The translations under genes were made by a program, and so were the position numbers. A DNA stretch of 64,000 nucleotides from NCBI RefSeq assembly GCF_000143415.4, contig NW_003314268.1:3108559-3172558 (forward strand), written 5' to 3'. Shown here piece after piece: positions 60,292-64,000 of this stretch; position 1 is the first letter of the stretch, and each line of letters opens with the position of its first letter. The notes beneath the pieces were generated by a model. It had not been told where the DNA came from, did no database searches, and saw nothing but the letters and a program-made list of their open reading frames with translations. The DNA comes from Selaginella moellendorffii. Taxonomy: Eukaryota; Plantae; Lycopodiophyta.

Positions 60292-62559
60292 TGCAAGCGT
60301 CCGACTGGGGCAATCGCGAGCATGCAAGTGTCACGACCTGGAAAAAAATCTCCCGATAAGCGCATGAAATTATGTGGAGAGAAACGAGTCGATTTCGGAC
60401 CCTAGAACCCAGAATCGCATGGATCCACTCACCGATTTCCTGCCGACCGATCGATCGCTGAGCTTCCCTCCCAGGGCTGAGCGGGCGCGCGCCGACCCCA
60501 AAACGGTCACTCTGCAAATTATAAACACACAAAATGCTGGCTCGCTCTAAAACGAAGAACGCGACACTGAATTAAAAACTAAAAGGAAGAGGATATTTAA
60601 AGGACACGTGTTCGGTTTGTACTACGTTTCTTTTCTTATTACTAAAGCTTAGGATCTTGGAACAATTTCCGGCGCTGTCCACGATTTTTATCATCTCTGA
60701 AGCCATTGGAAGTTGAACATGATGGACATGTTTCGCAGCTACTGAATGACGTCAACGCCTGGAGTTCTGTCAGACACGCAACACAGCTACCACTTTCTTC
60801 GGATATGATGTTTTTGCTTTTAGTGATGAACTAATCCTTAGAGGGAACGATGACAAGATTTGAGTTCTTCTCAACCAAGTGGACGCTCAACGTCTGTCCT
60901 ATCGTACATCCTGACCCGTTACTTCAGCAGTCCATTAGAGTACATGGAGCTCTTATGTGGTCCAGTGATTTCTGAATATCAGCCACTGTTGGTGATTTTT
61001 GTGTTGTGGTGACAAGATCATTCTAAGCAAAGGACTGTTTGACCTGGAAAAGGAGTGATTTCTTCTTAGTTTTTCATTATCATACTTCTTCTTTATGATC
61101 GCAGCAAAAGTATATGCAAAACAGCTTACTATAATCCGTCGGTCTCGGGTGCCACAAGACCCTGTAAATAGCTGATGGATGAATGAATGAATATTTCATC
61201 TGGCATTTAAAGCAACAAACAGGAAGCTTGGTAGTGAATTGGGTATAGAGGTGTTTGTATTTCGCGTGTGCAAATTATATCCTTCTCTTACAAGTGCCAA
61301 AAGGGGACTTGCACACATTGATGCATTTCTGTGCACAATATTGACAGCTTTCATTGTCTAAGGCAATTCCAGTATGTAGTATGACATGCTCACTTAATGC
61401 TAATCATGATTCTAACTCCTGGAGACAATATTTGCTATAATCTGAGTTGTCATATCATTGCTACAATCTGACTCCTGGGGCTTTGTTTTCTAGGTTATGT
61501 CAAGCTCATAGAACAACATTAGTTTGACTTGGTTGCAAATCAAAAGTTTTAACTCAAAATCAATTCATTGTTAGATAAAGTTATAATTTAGAAATTCTTA
61601 TTTTCACTAGTTTTTAATGAAAAAATAAGAATTTTTAATTATTTACTATTTGACTCTAAGGTGTTTGCTGCCTATCTATATTGCTTTACAACTTGTGGCC
61701 TATAAAATGAAAAAATGTAGAGAGTTCATTGAAATCTTTTGTACTAAATAGCCAAAGCTTAACTCTCTTAGAAATTCATAAACTTCAACTTCTATAACAA
61801 TGTCAGTATTAATCTGAAACTAATTCACATCCAACATAAAAGGCATTTCTTGTAACTCTAGTGGAAAAGGTAAGTTCCAATGTTTGACATTTAAACTGTG
61901 CTCTTTGAATATCTTGCTTAATCAGTTCCTCTCTACAAGTAAAATGAAGTCTCCTCTTCATTGTTAATGATAAACAAAGTTATAATTTTACACTTGTAAA
62001 TTGAGTAGTTTATCCTTTCCTACAGGTTGAAGTATAGGTTCATCATCATAGATGTAACTTTGAACCTTTGTTATCAATATTTTGGCTGAAATGGTTATTT
62101 GTGTAGTCTACTGAACTAAATCTTTAATCATTTTAAAGTAACATTCCATAAAGAACATCAACCATGAATAACATGGTCCTACTAACTCAACCTCCTCTAA
62201 AATTGTATATCTTATAATTTAATGTGAATTGCTCTAGAATTGTAGATATACTTGCTTATTCATTTGGTTGAATAGGTTGAGCTAATAAAACCATGATACT
62301 CATGATCGAAATTCCTCATATGTCACATTCTCAACAATATAAATAACTAAGTGTACTTGTTATGGATATTGTTGGAAGTTTAGTTTCTAGCAAATAAATT
62401 CTTATCCTAAAAGTAGTGTTAGCAAACATTACGATGATCAAAGAGGGACTTAATAAGGTCAAAGAAAGGATCTTAAAGCATTCTAAGGGTATTATAGAAT
62501 AGTTATAAGATTGGATGTTTTAATTTTGATAAGATAATGAGAATGGATATAACTTAAGG

Positions 62560-62760
62560 CATAAGAAGCTAGTGTGTCACTGGTACATTTGAAGTGGGAT
62601 TCAAACACATAAAGCACTTGAACTAAGTGTGTGGCTTAATGCCACTTTTAGGTCTAAGTTAGAATGAAGACCTATAAAAGTTATAAATAAAACTCATTCA
62701 AGTGGTCAATAATGTAAATAAGTGATTAAAGTAGAATAGAAAATTAAGTCACTTATACTA
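62560..62760 (+). mobile_element. Degenerate family-A LTR fragment
   Basis: AAGTGATTAAAGTAGAATAGAAAATTAAGTCACTTA matches the LTR terminus. Confidence 0.6.
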
Positions 62761-64000
62761 ACTTAACTCAAAGGGTAAATTGTCAAAAAAGTGGGGCTTT
62801 CCTTACTCTCAGAAGAAATTAATTTTCAAATTTTGTATAAATTTAATAAATTTTAAGCAACAAAAAAAATAACTTTCCATTAAAGTTTAATTATAAGGGT
62901 TTATTTATTTCCTTCTTAAATTGGTTAAAGATTTTAGGATATAAAAAGTTTAAATCTAAAAACTTACACCCATAAAGCACAAATTTTCCCTCTCTTGATC
63001 CATGTATAAACCAGCTGCAAGATAGGCACAAATTTCAAGAGAGAGAGATATTCATTAGCCACTACAAAATTGAAAGCCTAGATAATTAATATTATATCAA
63101 AGACATATTTTTTGATAAGCCATTATAAAATTAAAATTTTGAATAATCAATACTAGACCAAGACACATAACTCAAAATCAAGCATGTGATCCAAAAAATC
63201 CCATAAAATGCCAATACAGCATATTGCTAACTATAATTTATGTTTGCTAGCATATTTTATAGTCCAAAGGATTATTTATGATAGGTGAGTGCAGTTCTTA
63301 CTAGCATCTGAGGAAGCTGTTATAGCTAAGAAACCTCTATCCTAATTACTCTTCAATAATGTGTATATATTTTAGGTGGGTTGAAAGGAGGAAGTATTCA
63401 TTCTTGTTCATAAGTTGGAGTGTTGAACTTATAGAATAGCTAGAAAAATATATTTAAACTAAAAGTGATTATTTCATATATTTGTATTTGTTGTTGCACT
63501 TATCAACTATAGAAGTGATTGTTGCATCAGGGCTGCACTAGGAAACTATATATTTGTGGTATTATTATCATTGTACCAGGACTCTTGATCACAAACATCA
63601 TTATTTAGTTGATTGTCCTTACTATTTGATGCTATTCTTCTTATGAAGCCTAGATATGGTTGGAATGAGCATGTGGTTTTAGCAAATATGCCTCCTCAAT
63701 AACACATCTTCTATGACTGTGTGAGAAAGAAAAAGAAAAAGTAGGAGACAATGTGTACCCTTAAAATAGGGTAATGGTTTATTTGCTCATGCTCATAAAC
63801 CCTGCCCAACTTATCACTTGCAATTGTCACTTTTAAATCTAAACTCAACCCAAGTGTATTTGTGAACATATCATAGATGCACTAAAAAACTGTGGTGTGG
63901 TTGTCATTGCATTAAGACTTTTGGTCATAAGCATCATTGTTTGGCTGATTGTTATTATTTCGACATTCTTTAAGGCTGTTTTTGCTCTTTGAATCACTAC

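Noticed and set aside
60600-64000. Possible decayed minus-strand exons at about 60.65-61.2 kb and AT-rich remainder
   Set aside because: Stops in all frames and no identifiable motif; cannot support a call.

Overview
Eukaryotic (land-plant) nuclear DNA. Very short introns (about 45-70 nt), extreme gene compaction, 31-aa-repeat PLS-type PPR and plant-type CDKB/YY1/MOS2 genes point to a lycophyte such as Selaginella (inference). Layout: (i) 1-3.9 kb nested LTR-retrotransposon debris including a 260-bp TRIM; (ii) a tandem segmental duplication (copy 1 about 5.5-17.4 kb, copy 2 about 26.5-33.4 kb) separated by an LTR cluster. The duplicated block carries a decayed hAT, gene fragments, a peptide deformylase pseudogene, a class-3 lipase, an AT-rich B-lectin ORF, a tRNA-Ser fragment and the 3' end of YY1, with reciprocal pseudogenisation; a young hAT sits in copy 1 only. 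(iii) A gene-dense island at 32.8-46.0 kb: YY1, CDKB, an uncharacterised plastid-type protein, MOS2, an unknown gene, a Zn-finger At1g32730-like gene, a secreted Cys-rich peptide, a PPR, and an intronless FCP/SCP-type HAD phosphatase-Tpt1 (RNA 2'-phosphotransferase) fusion. (iv) 47.8-59.3 kb nested solo LTRs and a short-LTR Ty3/gypsy element. (v) A REF/SRPP(LDAP)-like gene, then AT-rich sequence. Best candidate for an undescribed system is the HAD-Tpt1 fusion; next are a -1 frameshift signal in the tRNA-Ala-primed gypsy family, the tiny TRIM and the ABRE-driven Cys-rich peptide.
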